From positions 133,252 to 197,251 of the forward strand of contig NZ_DAMAGB010000003.1 in the NCBI RefSeq assembly GCF_031995485.1: a stretch of 64,000 nucleotides of DNA. Reading direction: 5' to 3'. The position numbers and the translations under genes are program-made. Below, piece by piece: positions 48,810 to 58,838 of the stretch (within the stretch, counting starts at the first letter, position 1; every line of letters begins with the position of its first letter). Source of the stretch: Janthinobacterium sp. Its GTDB lineage: Bacteria; Pseudomonadota; Gammaproteobacteria; Burkholderiales; Burkholderiaceae_D. A model generated the notes under the pieces. The model had not been told where the DNA came from. It made no database searches and was given only the letters and a program-made list of their open reading frames with translations.

Positions 48810-50729
48810 CTACCTCTGGGCCCGCACCGGCGGCGCATAGCTGATGCGGCGCGTCTCGCGGATTTTGCCATCGGCCACCGCCCCTTCCACCAGTTCATAG
48901 CCGAGCAGGGCAAATACCCGGCCCTGCAGGAACAGCGGACGCGCATTGCCGTACCAGTCCACGCACGAGGCGCGGCAGCCGTCGTCCGGCTGCGCCGTGT
49001 TCCTGGCCGCCAGCGCACCGAGTTCCGTCAGCGCCAGGCTGCTGTTGCGCAGGTACAGCACGGAGGCCGAGCTGCTGCGCGGATTGGCGCTTTCGTCGCC
49101 GCCCAGTATCGGCAGGCCGACCACGCCCTCGCTGGCCGTTTGCGGCTTGTAGAAGAACCCGTGGCTGCGCGTCTCGCCCTGGGCAGCATCGGCCCGCACA
49201 TAGCTGCCGGCGACCGCTGCCTGTGAACCCAGGCGGATGCTGGTGAAGTGCAGGTCCTGGTCCTTGCTGCCGACTACCACCGCGTCATTGCCCAGCGCCT
49301 CGATGCGCTCCACGCCGTGCGGCAGCGCCAGCGCCTGCGCGTCGCCCCTGTCAGCCCAGCGCAGCGCCTGCAGTGGCTGCAAAGGCCAGTTCGGATCGAC
49401 CTGGCGCTGGCCCGGATTGCCCGGATAGCCGTACAGCAGGTACGATCCCACATAGCGATTCTGCAGGCCGTAGTCGCCGCTGCCCGGCAAGCTGCGATAG
49501 CTGGCGGCCGGCGCGCTGTCGCGGCCATCGGAAAAACTGTTCAATGGCACGCGCAGCAGCGCCAGCGCACCACGGCCACGGTCGGATTCCCACATGGCGT
49601 CGCCCCGGCCCTCCTTGCGCAGCAGGACATTCAGGTGGCCGTCCGCGCTTTCCAGGAACGAGAACTGGTCGACCGGCGCGCCCGAGGTTTTCAGGGCGCT
49701 GGGCGCGCTGCCGTCGAACGGCATGCGGAACACCGCCGAACCGCCGCCACGGCGCGTGGTCCACACATACACGGATTGGCCCGACACATAGAACACGCGG
49801 CCGGCCGGGCCCATCACGGCGCTCGCTTCGCAGCGCATTTCGCGGCTGGCCAGGTCGCAGCTGGTGACGGTATGCAGGGTCAGGCCGGCGCCAGGCGCGA
49901 TCTCTTCATCGGTGCGATAGATGCGCGTGGCCCGCGCGATGCGCTGGAAGTCCTGCGGCACCGCCTCGGGACGCCAGCGGCGCAGCGCGGGAAAGCCGCC
50001 GAACGGATCGCCGCGGCGCACATTCATCGACAGCGGCGAATAGAACACCAGTTTGGTGCCGACCAGGCGGCTCGCATAATTGCGCGCCGAATAATAGTCG
50101 TTCGAGCGCAGATGATAGGTGGAGCGGTAGGCCAGGCGGCCGGCGGCATCGATATCGAACAGGCCCACTTCCGTGCCGCCGCGGCTGTAGCTGTAGCCGA
50201 TCACCACCACGGTGTCGCCCGAGATCAGCATCTCGTCGTACCAGCTGCCGGACGGATCGCTGCCCGGCGCAAACGCGTCGATCGACGCCACCGGCCGCAG
50301 TGCCTGCCGGTCCACGTTGACGGTAAACAGCTTGCCGCGCCTGAGCATTACCAGATGCTTGCCATGCACCTTGACGATGCCGCCTTCGTCGACGCCGGCC
50401 GTCTGGGTATTGGTGACCGATTCATCTGCCGCGATGGCAACCGAGCCGGCCACCTCGCTCGATTTCGACGACGACGCTTCGGCCACCGGCGCCGGCATGG
50501 GCGCCGATTTTGCCATGGGCTGAATCTCGGCGCGCCGCAGCCGCTGGATTTTTTCCTGCTGCGCGAGCAGCTTGTCCAGGTAGGCCGTCAGCGCCTGTTC
50601 GCTGGCAAACGGGGCCAGGGTCTTGCGCGGCGCCGTGTCGGTGGCGGGAGCGGCGGCATGCGCGGCGAACGACAATAGCAGGGGCAAGCTCAGGGATAAC
50701 ATCAGGCTGGTTTTCAGGACGGTGGGCAT
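48810..50729 (-). CDS. secreted beta-propeller domain protein (PF09826-like, assignment from memory)
   Basis: Signal peptide ending AHAAAP. TNTQTAGVDEGGIVKVHGKHLVML motif typical of that family. SD GGAGAG before ATG 50729. Confidence 0.75.
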   Translation of the reverse strand: MPTVLKTSLMLSLSLPLLLSFAAHAAAPATDTAPRKTLAPFASEQALTAYLDKLLAQQEKIQRLRRAEIQPMAKSAPMPAPVAEASSSKSSEVAGSVAIAADESVTNTQTAGVDEGGIVKVHGKHLVMLRRGKLFTVNVDRQALRPVASIDAFAPGSDPSGSWYDEMLISGDTVVVIGYSYSRGGTEVGLFDIDAAGRLAYRSTYHLRSNDYYSARNYASRLVGTKLVFYSPLSMNVRRGDPFGGFPALRRWRPEAVPQDFQRIARATRIYRTDEEIAPGAGLTLHTVTSCDLASREMRCEASAVMGPAGRVFYVSGQSVYVWTTRRGGGSAVFRMPFDGSAPSALKTSGAPVDQFSFLESADGHLNVLLRKEGRGDAMWESDRGRGALALLRVPLNSFSDGRDSAPAASYRSLPGSGDYGLQNRYVGSYLLYGYPGNPGQRQVDPNWPLQPLQALRWADRGDAQALALPHGVERIEALGNDAVVVGSKDQDLHFTSIRLGSQAAVAGSYVRADAAQGETRSHGFFYKPQTASEGVVGLPILGGDESANPRSSSASVLYLRNSSLALTELGALAARNTAQPDDGCRASCVDWYGNARPLFLQGRVFALLGYELVEGAVADGKIRETRRISYAPPVRAQR

Positions 50730-50905
50730 CGCATTCTCTCCGGTGGCGGCAAGGGTCATGCATCATGAAACGGCGCGGCAATCGAAACGGGGTTAAAGCG
50801 CGTGAAAACAATCATACGGTGAGCCAGCTCACACCGGCGCAATCGTGCGCGCAGCGAAAAAGGACTACCATCGAAGACCTTGCAACCACTTGCCGAAAGA
50901 CTGCC

Positions 50906-52384
50906 ATGCCGACCACCACGCCACCGACCACGCTGACATTGAACGATCCCGCACTGCTGCGCCAGCAATGCTATATCAACGGCCAGTGGCTGGACGCAGG
51001 CAGCGGCAAGACCACGGACGTGAGCAACCCGGCCACCGGCGAGATCATCGGCACGGTACCGACCATGGGCACACAGGAAACGGCGCACGCGATCAGCGCG
51101 GCCAACGACGCCTGGCCCGCCTGGCGCAAGAAAAGCGCCAAGGAACGCGCCGGCTATCTGCGCCGCTGGAATGACCTGATGCTGGAACACGCCGACGACC
51201 TGGCGCTGCTGATGACGGCCGAACAGGGCAAACCCCTGAGTGAATCGAAGGGCGAAGTGCAGTATGCGGCTTCGTTCATCGAATGGTTTGCCGAGGAAGG
51301 CAAGCGCGTCTCGGGCGATACCCTGCAGTCGCCGTGGCCGGACCGCCGCATCGTGGTGACCAAGGAGCCGATCGGCGTGTGCGCCGCCATCACGCCGTGG
51401 AATTTCCCGGCCGCGATGATCACCCGCAAGGTGGGCCCGGCGCTGGCGGCCGGCTGCCCGATCATCGTCAAACCTGCCGGCATGACGCCGTTTTCCGCGC
51501 TGGCGCTGGCCGTTCTGGCCGAGCGCGCCGGCATCCCGCCGGGCGTGTTCAACGTGATCACCGGCTCGTCGCAGGAGATCGGCGACGAACTGACGGCCAA
51601 TCCGCTGGTGCGCAAACTCAGTTTCACCGGATCGACCGAAGTGGGCCGCAAGCTGATGGCGCAGTGTGCGCCGACCATTAAAAAACTGTCGCTGGAACTG
51701 GGCGGCAATGCGCCGTTCATCGTGTTCGACGATGCCGACCTCGATGCGGCCGTGGAAGGCGCGATCGCCTCGAAATACCGCAATGCGGGCCAGACCTGCG
51801 TGTGCGCCAACCGCCTGTATGTGCAGGATGGCGTGTATGACGCATTCGCGGAAAAACTGGTGGCGGCGGTGGAAAAGCTCAAGGTCGGCAATGGCGTTGA
51901 CGACGGCGTGACGCAAGGTCCGCTGATCGAAGAAAAAGCCGTCAAAAAAGTCGAACAGCATGTGGCCGACGCGCTGGCCAAGGGCGGGCGCCTGCTGACG
52001 GGTGGCAAGCGCCACACACTGGGCCACAGCTTCTTCCAGCCGACCGTGATTGCCGATGTAACGGCCGACATGCTGGTGGCCAGGGAAGAAACCTTCGGTC
52101 CGCTGGCGCCGCTGTTCCGCTTCACCACCGACGAGGAAGCCGTGGCGCTCGCCAACGACACCGAATTCGGCCTGGCCGCGTATTTCTACTCGCGCGATAT
52201 CGGCCGCATCTGGAAGGTATCGGAAGGGCTGGAATCGGGCATGGTGGGCGTCAACACGGGCCTGATCTCGACCGAGATGGCACCGTTTGGCGGCGTCAAG
52301 CAGTCAGGCCTGGGCCGCGAAGGATCGTCGTACGGCATCGACGATTATCTGGTCATCAAATATATCTGCATGGGCGGGATCTGA
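50906..52384 (+). CDS. gabD: NAD(P)-dependent succinate-semialdehyde dehydrogenase
   Basis: ITPWNFP, ELGGNAP, catalytic GQTCVCANR. 492 aa from MPTTTPP. Confidence 0.92.
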   Translation: MPTTTPPTTLTLNDPALLRQQCYINGQWLDAGSGKTTDVSNPATGEIIGTVPTMGTQETAHAISAANDAWPAWRKKSAKERAGYLRRWNDLMLEHADDLALLMTAEQGKPLSESKGEVQYAASFIEWFAEEGKRVSGDTLQSPWPDRRIVVTKEPIGVCAAITPWNFPAAMITRKVGPALAAGCPIIVKPAGMTPFSALALAVLAERAGIPPGVFNVITGSSQEIGDELTANPLVRKLSFTGSTEVGRKLMAQCAPTIKKLSLELGGNAPFIVFDDADLDAAVEGAIASKYRNAGQTCVCANRLYVQDGVYDAFAEKLVAAVEKLKVGNGVDDGVTQGPLIEEKAVKKVEQHVADALAKGGRLLTGGKRHTLGHSFFQPTVIADVTADMLVAREETFGPLAPLFRFTTDEEAVALANDTEFGLAAYFYSRDIGRIWKVSEGLESGMVGVNTGLISTEMAPFGGVKQSGLGREGSSYGIDDYLVIKYICMGGI

Positions 52385-52391
52385 CGATAAC

Positions 52392-52425
52392 GTAGGTCGG
52401 GTTAGCGCTGCGCGCGTAACCCGCC
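52392..52425. repeat. single REP-like unit, GGGTTA/TAACCC variant
   Basis: GTAGGTCGGGTTAGCGCTGCGCGCGTAACCCGCC, 8 nt after the gabD stop. Confidence 0.7.
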
Positions 52426-52442
52426 CCCATCCCCCACAAACG

Positions 52443-53066
52443 TCACTCAAACCCGCGAACCTGGTCCCCATTAAAATTCGGCAACCGCCACGAAAAATGC
52501 AGCGCCAGGAAGCGGAACAGCAGGCCGGCGGCGATCGATACCAGTTGCGCCACCGAACTGTCCACCTTGAAGTGCAGCAGCGCCACATACAGCGCACCGG
52601 TAAACACCGCCACGGTGGCGTACACTTCGCGCTGCAGCACCAGCGGAATCTGGTTGCACAGAATATCGCGCAGCAGGCCGCCGAACACGCCCGTGATCAT
52701 GCCGGCCAGCACCACGATGGCCGGATGCATGCCGGCCGACATGGCGATATCGCAGCCGATCACGCAGAACGCCACCAGTCCCAGTCCATCGACGATGAGG
52801 AATACCGAGCGCAGGTGGTGCAGATAGCGCGCCACAAACGCCGTCACGACGGCCGCGCCACCGGTAAACAGCAGGTATTCCGGGTGGGCGATCCAGCCTA
52901 GCGGATAGTGGCCCAGCAGCACGTCGCGGATGGTGCCGCCACCCAATGCGGTGACGGTGCCGATCATCACGATGCCGAACAGATCCATGCCACGGCGCAT
53001 GCCCATGATGGCGCCGGACATGGCTTCAGCGCTGATTGCCACCAGGTAGATCGTATACAGCAGCAT
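52443..53066 (-). CDS. trimeric intracellular cation channel (TRIC/UPF0126, YadS-like) family membrane protein
   Basis: Two internal repeats, each with the glycine-rich G.GGG..RD motif (ALGGGTIRDVLLG; GVFGGLLRDILC). Confidence 0.85.
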   Translation of the reverse strand: MLLYTIYLVAISAEAMSGAIMGMRRGMDLFGIVMIGTVTALGGGTIRDVLLGHYPLGWIAHPEYLLFTGGAAVVTAFVARYLHHLRSVFLIVDGLGLVAFCVIGCDIAMSAGMHPAIVVLAGMITGVFGGLLRDILCNQIPLVLQREVYATVAVFTGALYVALLHFKVDSSVAQLVSIAAGLLFRFLALHFSWRLPNFNGDQVRGFE

Positions 53067-53201
53067 ATTTTATTCTTCCAGATAAGGCTGGCGCGCAAGG
53101 AAACCGCGCGAAAACGCCATTGTGCATTGCAACACGCCGTTCCTTATCAAAAGTAAGTATTATTTGGGAATGATAAATTTTCCTAATGTAAGGCAGCCTT
53201 C

Positions 53202-54089
53202 ATGGACCTGAACCCGAAGCATACGGATGCGTTTCGCGCCGTGGTCGAGACGGGCAGTTTCGAGCAGGCGGCGCTGCAGCTGCACCTGACCTCGCCCGCG
53301 ATTTCCCAGCGCGTGCGCGCGCTCGAAAGCCAGCTCGGCAATGCCTTGATCGTGCGCAGCCGCCCTGCCCGCGCCACGCGCACGGGCCAGCGCCTGATGC
53401 AATACCTGAAGCGGGCCAAGCTGCTGGAAGCGGACCTGGAAGCGGAACTGGCGGTGCAGCAGGATGCGCCGCTGACCCTGGTGCTGGCGCTGAACGCCGA
53501 CTCGATGGGCACCTGGTTTTTCCCGGCCTTGTCAAGCGTGCTGATCCGGGAACGCGTGCTGCTGGACCTGACCGTGGAGGACCAGGATCACACCTATACC
53601 TTGCTGGAAACGGGGATGGCGATCGGCTGCATCAGTACCGAGCCGAAACCGATGCGCGGCTGCACGGCCGAGCTGCTGGGCGTGATGCGCTACTGGCTGG
53701 TGGCCACGCCGGCCTTTCGCCAGCAGTGGTTTGCCCACGGCATGACACGCCAGGCGGCACGCACGGCGCCGGTGGTCGCCTACACGCGCAAGGACACCTT
53801 GCAATCGTCCTACCTGCAGGAAGCGCTGGGCCTGCCTGAAGGCGCCTACCCCTGCCACTACGTGCCGGGCGCCACCTCGCACTTCAATGCGATCCGCTAT
53901 GGACTCGGTTATGGCATGGTGCCGGAACTGCTGCTGCAGGCCAACCCCGATGGCAAGCTGGTGGAGATGCTGACGCCGGACCAGCCCGCCGACGTGGCGC
54001 TGTACTGGCATACCTGGAAGGTACAGTCGCCGCGCATGGAGCAGCTGTCGCGCCAGATCGTGGCGGCGGCGCGCACGGTGCTGAAGTAA
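53202..54089 (+). CDS. argP: LysR-family transcriptional regulator ArgP/IciA-like
   Basis: HTH FEQAALQLHLTSPAISQRVRALE. ArgP-like effector-domain length (295 aa). Confidence 0.8.
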   Translation: MDLNPKHTDAFRAVVETGSFEQAALQLHLTSPAISQRVRALESQLGNALIVRSRPARATRTGQRLMQYLKRAKLLEADLEAELAVQQDAPLTLVLALNADSMGTWFFPALSSVLIRERVLLDLTVEDQDHTYTLLETGMAIGCISTEPKPMRGCTAELLGVMRYWLVATPAFRQQWFAHGMTRQAARTAPVVAYTRKDTLQSSYLQEALGLPEGAYPCHYVPGATSHFNAIRYGLGYGMVPELLLQANPDGKLVEMLTPDQPADVALYWHTWKVQSPRMEQLSRQIVAAARTVLK

Positions 54090-54140
54090 AAACGCAAGAG
54101 GAAAAGCGGCCCGCCGTGATGGCGAACAGCCAGGCAATGA

Positions 54141-54809
54141 TCAGGCTTCTTCGTAGCTGGCCAGGCGGGCCGCCATGCGCGGCGCCAGTTCGTGGCCGGC
54201 CGTGATGGTGACGTTCAGGTCGTTCAAGACGCCGTCTTTCAGGCCATATACCCAGCCGTGCACGCTGACTTCCTGGCCGCGTTCCCAGGCATCCTGCACG
54301 ATGGTGGTCTGGCAAACGTTGAGTACCTGTTCGGCCACGTTCAGCTCGCACAGGCGGTCGCTGCGCTGGCGGCTGGTCAGCACGTCGCCCAGGTAGCGCT
54401 CATGTTTCTGGCTCACGTCCTGCACGTGGCGCAGCCAGTTGTCGACCAGGCCGATACGGGTACCGGTCATGGCGGCATGCACGCCTTTGCAGCCATAATG
54501 GCCGACGATGATGACATGCTTGACCTTCAGCACGTCGACCGCGAACTGCAGCACGGACAGGCAGTTCAGGTCGGAATGCACGACCACATTGGCGATATTA
54601 CGGTGCACGAACACGTCGCCTGGCGGCATGCCCAGCAGTTCGTTGGCCGGCACCCGGCTGTCGGAGCAGCCGATCCACAGATACTCGGGCGAGGTCTGCG
54701 CTTCCAAGTTCTTGAAGTAGTCGGGATTCTTTTCCACCATCGAATCGGCCCAGCGCTTGTTGCGCTGTAGCAGTTCTGACAGGGCCGGGCCGGTTGTCAC
54801 TTCGGTCAT
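54141..54809 (-). CDS. can: beta-class carbonic anhydrase
   Basis: IGCSDSRVP and GHYGCKG zinc-ligand motifs. Confidence 0.92.
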   Translation of the reverse strand: MTEVTTGPALSELLQRNKRWADSMVEKNPDYFKNLEAQTSPEYLWIGCSDSRVPANELLGMPPGDVFVHRNIANVVVHSDLNCLSVLQFAVDVLKVKHVIIVGHYGCKGVHAAMTGTRIGLVDNWLRHVQDVSQKHERYLGDVLTSRQRSDRLCELNVAEQVLNVCQTTIVQDAWERGQEVSVHGWVYGLKDGVLNDLNVTITAGHELAPRMAARLASYEEA

Positions 54810-54823
54810 GATGTCATTTCCTT

Positions 54824-54856
54824 AAAAAAAAGCCGGGATGTTTGGGGCATCCCGGC
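54824..54856 (-). terminator. intrinsic terminator after dnaJ, ending 15 nt upstream of the can start codon
   Basis: Minus strand GCCGGGATG-CCCCAAA-CATCCCGGC followed by TTTTTTTT, then AAGGAAATGACATC-ATG. Confidence 0.85.
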
Positions 54857-54871
54857 GATGATTACTGGTGC

Positions 54872-56005
54872 TTATTCAAAAAAATCCTTGACCTTGTCTT
54901 TCCAGGTCTTGCTTTGCGGGCTGTGCTTGGCACCACCTTCGGTGGTCGACTTCTCAAAGTCGCGCAGCAGGTCTTTTTGCTTTTCCGTCAGCTTGACGGG
55001 TGTTTCGATCGCCACGTGGCAGAACAGGTCGCCGGCATAACCGGAACGCACGCCCTTGATGCCCTTGCCTTTCAGGCGGAAGGTCTTGCCCGACTGGGTG
55101 CCTTCAGGAATCGTAAACGATACCTTGCCGTTCAGGGTCGGCACCTCGATGTCGCCACCCAGTGCAGCCTTGGTAAACGAAATCGGCATTTCGCAATGCA
55201 GGTCGTCGCCTTCGCGCTGGAACACGGCGTGCGGCTTGATGTGGATTTCCACATACAGGTCGCCCGACGGGCCGCCATTCGTCCCCGGTTCGCCGTTGCC
55301 GGACGAGCGGATGCGCATGCCGTTGTCGATACCGACCGGAATTTTCACTTCCAGCGTCTTGTTGCGCTTGATGCGTCCCGCGCCGGCACAGGTGGTGCAC
55401 GGCTCGGGGATGACCTTGCCGCTGCCATGGCATTTCGGGCAGGTCTGCTGGATGCTGAAGAAACCTTGCTGCATGCGTACCTGGCCATGACCGGCGCAGG
55501 TGCCGCAGGTCACCGGCTGGGTGCCTGGCTTGGCGCCGCTGCCGTGGCAGGTTTCGCACTTGTCCCAGCTCGGCACGCGGATGGTCGTGTCGAAGCCGTG
55601 CGCAGCTTGCTCCAGTGTAATTTCCAGGTTGTAGCGCAAATCGGCGCCACGGTACACTTGCGGCCCCGCATTGCGGCTGCGTCCACCGCCACCGCCAAAG
55701 ATGTCGCCGAAGATATCGCCGAAGCTGTCGGCGAAACCGCCGGCGCCGCCCCCAAAGCCGCCACCGCCACCCATGTTCGGATCCACGCCGGCGTGACCAT
55801 AGCGGTCATACGCTTCGCGCTTTTCCGGATTGGTCAGCATTTCGTAGGCTTCTTTGACTTCCTTAAACTTTTCTTCCGATTCCTTACTGTCCGGATTGCG
55901 GTCCGGATGGTATTTCATCGCCAGTTTACGGTAAGACTTTTTGATCTCTTCTTCCGAAGCATTTTTTGCGACACCGAGTGTCTCGTAAAAATCACGCTTT
56001 GCCAT
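54872..56005 (-). CDS. dnaJ: molecular chaperone DnaJ
   Basis: J domain with HPD, G/F-rich linker, four CxxCxGxG zinc-finger repeats. Confidence 0.97.
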   Translation of the reverse strand: MAKRDFYETLGVAKNASEEEIKKSYRKLAMKYHPDRNPDSKESEEKFKEVKEAYEMLTNPEKREAYDRYGHAGVDPNMGGGGGFGGGAGGFADSFGDIFGDIFGGGGGRSRNAGPQVYRGADLRYNLEITLEQAAHGFDTTIRVPSWDKCETCHGSGAKPGTQPVTCGTCAGHGQVRMQQGFFSIQQTCPKCHGSGKVIPEPCTTCAGAGRIKRNKTLEVKIPVGIDNGMRIRSSGNGEPGTNGGPSGDLYVEIHIKPHAVFQREGDDLHCEMPISFTKAALGGDIEVPTLNGKVSFTIPEGTQSGKTFRLKGKGIKGVRSGYAGDLFCHVAIETPVKLTEKQKDLLRDFEKSTTEGGAKHSPQSKTWKDKVKDFFE

Positions 56006-56050
56006 GTTGTCGGCACCTTGCAGTCTATCTACTGATGTAAAAATTACACG

Positions 56051-56090
56051 AAAAAGCCGAGTCGAGTGCCGCGCTGGGCGGCGACTCGGC
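56051..56090 (-). terminator. hairpin with U-tract between dnaK and dnaJ (partial terminator)
   Basis: GCCGAGTCG ... CGACTCGGC (9-bp stem) followed on the minus strand by TTTTTCG. Confidence 0.6.
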
Positions 56091-56165
56091 TCGGCCGGTC
56101 TTCGCGGCTAATCCCGCGATGTAGCGTTCAGCCCGGCTGCCCCCAACTGTCGGGAGCGCAAGACA

Positions 56166-58112
56166 TTACTTGCTGTCTTTGACTTCCTTGAAGTCAGCGT
56201 CAACAACGTCGTCCTGCTTGGCGCCTGCATCCGATGCGCCGCCAGGGGCTTGCTGTGCACCTTCCGCACCGCCGGCAGCTTGCTGCGCTTGCATGTCGGC
56301 GTACATTTTTTCGCCCAGTTTCTGCGATGCGGTCGACAGTGCTTCCACCTTGGCGTCGATCTCGGCTTTGTCGCCGGCCTTGATGCTCGCTTCCAGGTCG
56401 GTGATCGCCGCTTCGATCTTCTCTTTCTCGCCGGCATCCAGCTTGTCGCCGTATTCGGTCAAGGATTTCCGGGTCGAGTGTACCAGAGCATCAGCCTGGT
56501 TGCGCGACTCGGCCAATTCTTTCACCTTCTTGTCTTCTTCCGCGTTCAACTCGGCGTCTTTGACCATCTTCTGGATTTCAGCCTCGGTCAAGCCGGAGTT
56601 GGCCTTGATCGTGATCTTGTTTTCCTTGCCGGTGGCCTTGTCTTTCGCGCCGACGTGCAAGATGCCGTTGGCGTCGATGTCGAAGGTCACTTCGATCTGT
56701 GGCGTGCCACGCGATGCTGGCGGGATGCCTTCCAGATTGAATTCGCCCAGGCCTTTGTTGCCGGCCGCGATTTCACGCTCACCCTGGTAGACCTTGATGG
56801 TCACGGCAGGCTGGTTGTCATCGGCGGTCGAGAACACTTGCGAGAACTTGGTCGGAATCGTCGTGTTTTTGTGAATCATCTTGGTCATCACGCCGCCCAG
56901 GGTTTCGATACCCAGGGACAATGGCGTCACGTCCAGCAGCAACAAGTCCTTGCGCTCGCCCGACAGGACCGAGCCCTGGATCGCGGCGCCCACTGCCACG
57001 GCTTCGTCCGGGTTCACGTCCTTGCGTGGATCCTTGCCGAAGAATTCCTTCACTTTTTCCTGCACCTTCGGCATACGGGTCATGCCGCCGACCAGGATGA
57101 TGTCGTCGATGTCCGACACCTTCACGCCGGCATCCTTGATGGCCATGCGGCAAGGCTCGATGGTGGCGCTGATCAGCTCTTCCACCAGCGACTCCAGCTT
57201 GGCGCGGGTCATCTTCAGGTTCAGGTGGACCGGAGCGCCATTGGCCATGGCGATGTACGGCTCGTTGATTTCCGTCTGCTGCGACGACGACAGTTCAATC
57301 TTCGCGCGCTCGGCCGAAGCCTTGATGCGCTGCAAAGCGATCGGATCTTTTTTCAGATCGATGCCGTTGATCTTCTTGAACTCGTCGATGATGTAATCGA
57401 TGACGCGCTGGTCGAAGTCTTCGCCGCCGAGGAAGGTGTCGCCGTTGGTGGCCAGCACTTCAAATTGTTTTTCGCCATCGACGTCAGCGATTTCGATGAT
57501 CGACACGTCGAACGTACCGCCGCCCAAGTCGTACACGGCGATCTTGCGGTCGCCCTTTTCGTTCTTGTCCAGGCCGAACGCCAGCGCTGCCGCGGTTGGT
57601 TCGTTGATGATGCGCTTGACGTCCAGGCCAGCGATACGGCCGGCATCCTTGGTTGCCTGGCGCTGCGAATCGTTGAAGTAAGCGGGAACCGTGATGACGG
57701 CTTCAGTCACTTCTTCGCCGAGGTAGTCCTCAGCGGTTTTTTTCATTTTGCGCAGCACTTCAGCCGAAATTTGCTGTGGTGCCAGTTTTTTGTCGCGCAC
57801 GCCGATCCACGCATCGCCGTTGTCGGCTTTGGTAATCTGGTAAGGCATCAGACCGATGTCTTTTTGGACTTCTTTTTCGTCGAACTTGCGACCGATCAGA
57901 CGCTTGACTGCGAACAGCGTGTTTTTCGGATTGGTCACGGCCTGGCGTTTGGCCGGCGCGCCGACGAGGATCTCGCCATCTTCCTGGTAAGCGATAATCG
58001 ACGGCGTCGTGCGTGCGCCTTCGGCGTTTTCGATTACCTTTGGTTGACCATTTTCCATGATGGAAACGCAGGAATTCGTGGTTCCCAGATCGATACCGAT
58101 AATTCTACCCAT
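56166..58112 (-). CDS. dnaK: molecular chaperone DnaK
   Basis: [18 protein letters not shown], 648 aa. Confidence 0.98.
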   Translation of the reverse strand: MGRIIGIDLGTTNSCVSIMENGQPKVIENAEGARTTPSIIAYQEDGEILVGAPAKRQAVTNPKNTLFAVKRLIGRKFDEKEVQKDIGLMPYQITKADNGDAWIGVRDKKLAPQQISAEVLRKMKKTAEDYLGEEVTEAVITVPAYFNDSQRQATKDAGRIAGLDVKRIINEPTAAALAFGLDKNEKGDRKIAVYDLGGGTFDVSIIEIADVDGEKQFEVLATNGDTFLGGEDFDQRVIDYIIDEFKKINGIDLKKDPIALQRIKASAERAKIELSSSQQTEINEPYIAMANGAPVHLNLKMTRAKLESLVEELISATIEPCRMAIKDAGVKVSDIDDIILVGGMTRMPKVQEKVKEFFGKDPRKDVNPDEAVAVGAAIQGSVLSGERKDLLLLDVTPLSLGIETLGGVMTKMIHKNTTIPTKFSQVFSTADDNQPAVTIKVYQGEREIAAGNKGLGEFNLEGIPPASRGTPQIEVTFDIDANGILHVGAKDKATGKENKITIKANSGLTEAEIQKMVKDAELNAEEDKKVKELAESRNQADALVHSTRKSLTEYGDKLDAGEKEKIEAAITDLEASIKAGDKAEIDAKVEALSTASQKLGEKMYADMQAQQAAGGAEGAQQAPGGASDAGAKQDDVVDADFKEVKDSK

Positions 58113-58152
58113 GATTTATTTCCTTTTATTCGCTAGATTTCAGATGGTTCTT

Positions 58153-58182
58153 ATATGTGGCAAAGCGGCACGGTTTCAAGGC
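58153..58182 (-). promoter_or_regulatory. sigma-32 (RpoH) heat-shock promoter of dnaK
   Basis: Minus strand GCCTTGAAA-N13-CCACATAT, about 40 nt upstream of the dnaK ATG. Confidence 0.8.
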
Positions 58183-58203
58183 TTGCTTGATGCCGCACTC
58201 TGA

Positions 58204-58740
58204 TTATTTTGCTTGCGCGGTGGTCACGATGGCCGGACGCAGCAGGCGGTCGGCAATCATATAACCTTTTTGCAACACTGACACAACCGTATTGGCTTCC
58301 TGGTCAGCTGGCACGACAGCAACAGCCTGATGCTTCATCGGGTCGAGCTTGTCGCCTTGCGCCGGCAACACTTCCACCAGGCGGTTGCGCTCGAACGCCG
58401 AGCTCAGCTGTTTCAGGGTCATTTCGACGCCTTCCTTCAGCGATTCGATCGTCGGCGCATCGACCGTCAGTGCCATTTCCAGGCTGTCCTTGACGGGCAC
58501 CAGGGCTTCGGCAAAGCTTTCAACTGCAAATTTATGTGCTTTAGCAACATCTTCCTGGGCGCGGCGGCGGATATTTTCACCGTCGGCCTTGGCGCGCATG
58601 AAGGCATCGTGCATCTCTGCAAGACGCGCTTCGGTACTGGCCAGCTGCTCTTCCAAAGTAGGCTCTGCGGGAGTCGATGGTGCAGCCGCCGCAGCGTCCG
58701 CTTGCTGATTAGGTACAGCTTGGTTTTCCTGATCTTGCAT
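58204..58740 (-). CDS. grpE: nucleotide exchange factor GrpE
   Basis: Coiled-coil N-terminal half, C-terminal VLQKGY..DRLLRPA. SD AGGAG before ATG 58740. Confidence 0.93.
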   Translation of the reverse strand: MQDQENQAVPNQQADAAAAAPSTPAEPTLEEQLASTEARLAEMHDAFMRAKADGENIRRRAQEDVAKAHKFAVESFAEALVPVKDSLEMALTVDAPTIESLKEGVEMTLKQLSSAFERNRLVEVLPAQGDKLDPMKHQAVAVVPADQEANTVVSVLQKGYMIADRLLRPAIVTTAQAK

Positions 58741-58807
58741 CTGAAAAGCTCCTACAATCAATGACTTAATATTAGTTAGGCTACATCGCTCTACAACACT
58801 GAGCGGC

Positions 58808-58838
58808 AGATGGGGCTATATCCCTCTCTTTCAAGGGG
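58808..58838 (-). promoter_or_regulatory. sigma-32 (RpoH) heat-shock promoter of grpE
   Basis: Minus strand CCCCTTGAAA-N13-CCCCATCT, essentially the E. coli sigma-32 consensus. Confidence 0.85.

Noticed and set aside
56250-58136. 628-aa ORF antisense to dnaK; similar long antisense ORFs lie opposite recA (24232-25422), sucC (19904-21097), recN/nadK (60980-62602) and the GDSL gene (1882-3195)
   Set aside because: This is the same shadow-ORF phenomenon: no SD, no domain signatures, and a frame dictated by the codon bias of the real gene. The long antisense frame of hsp70 genes is a known curiosity, not evidence of a gene.
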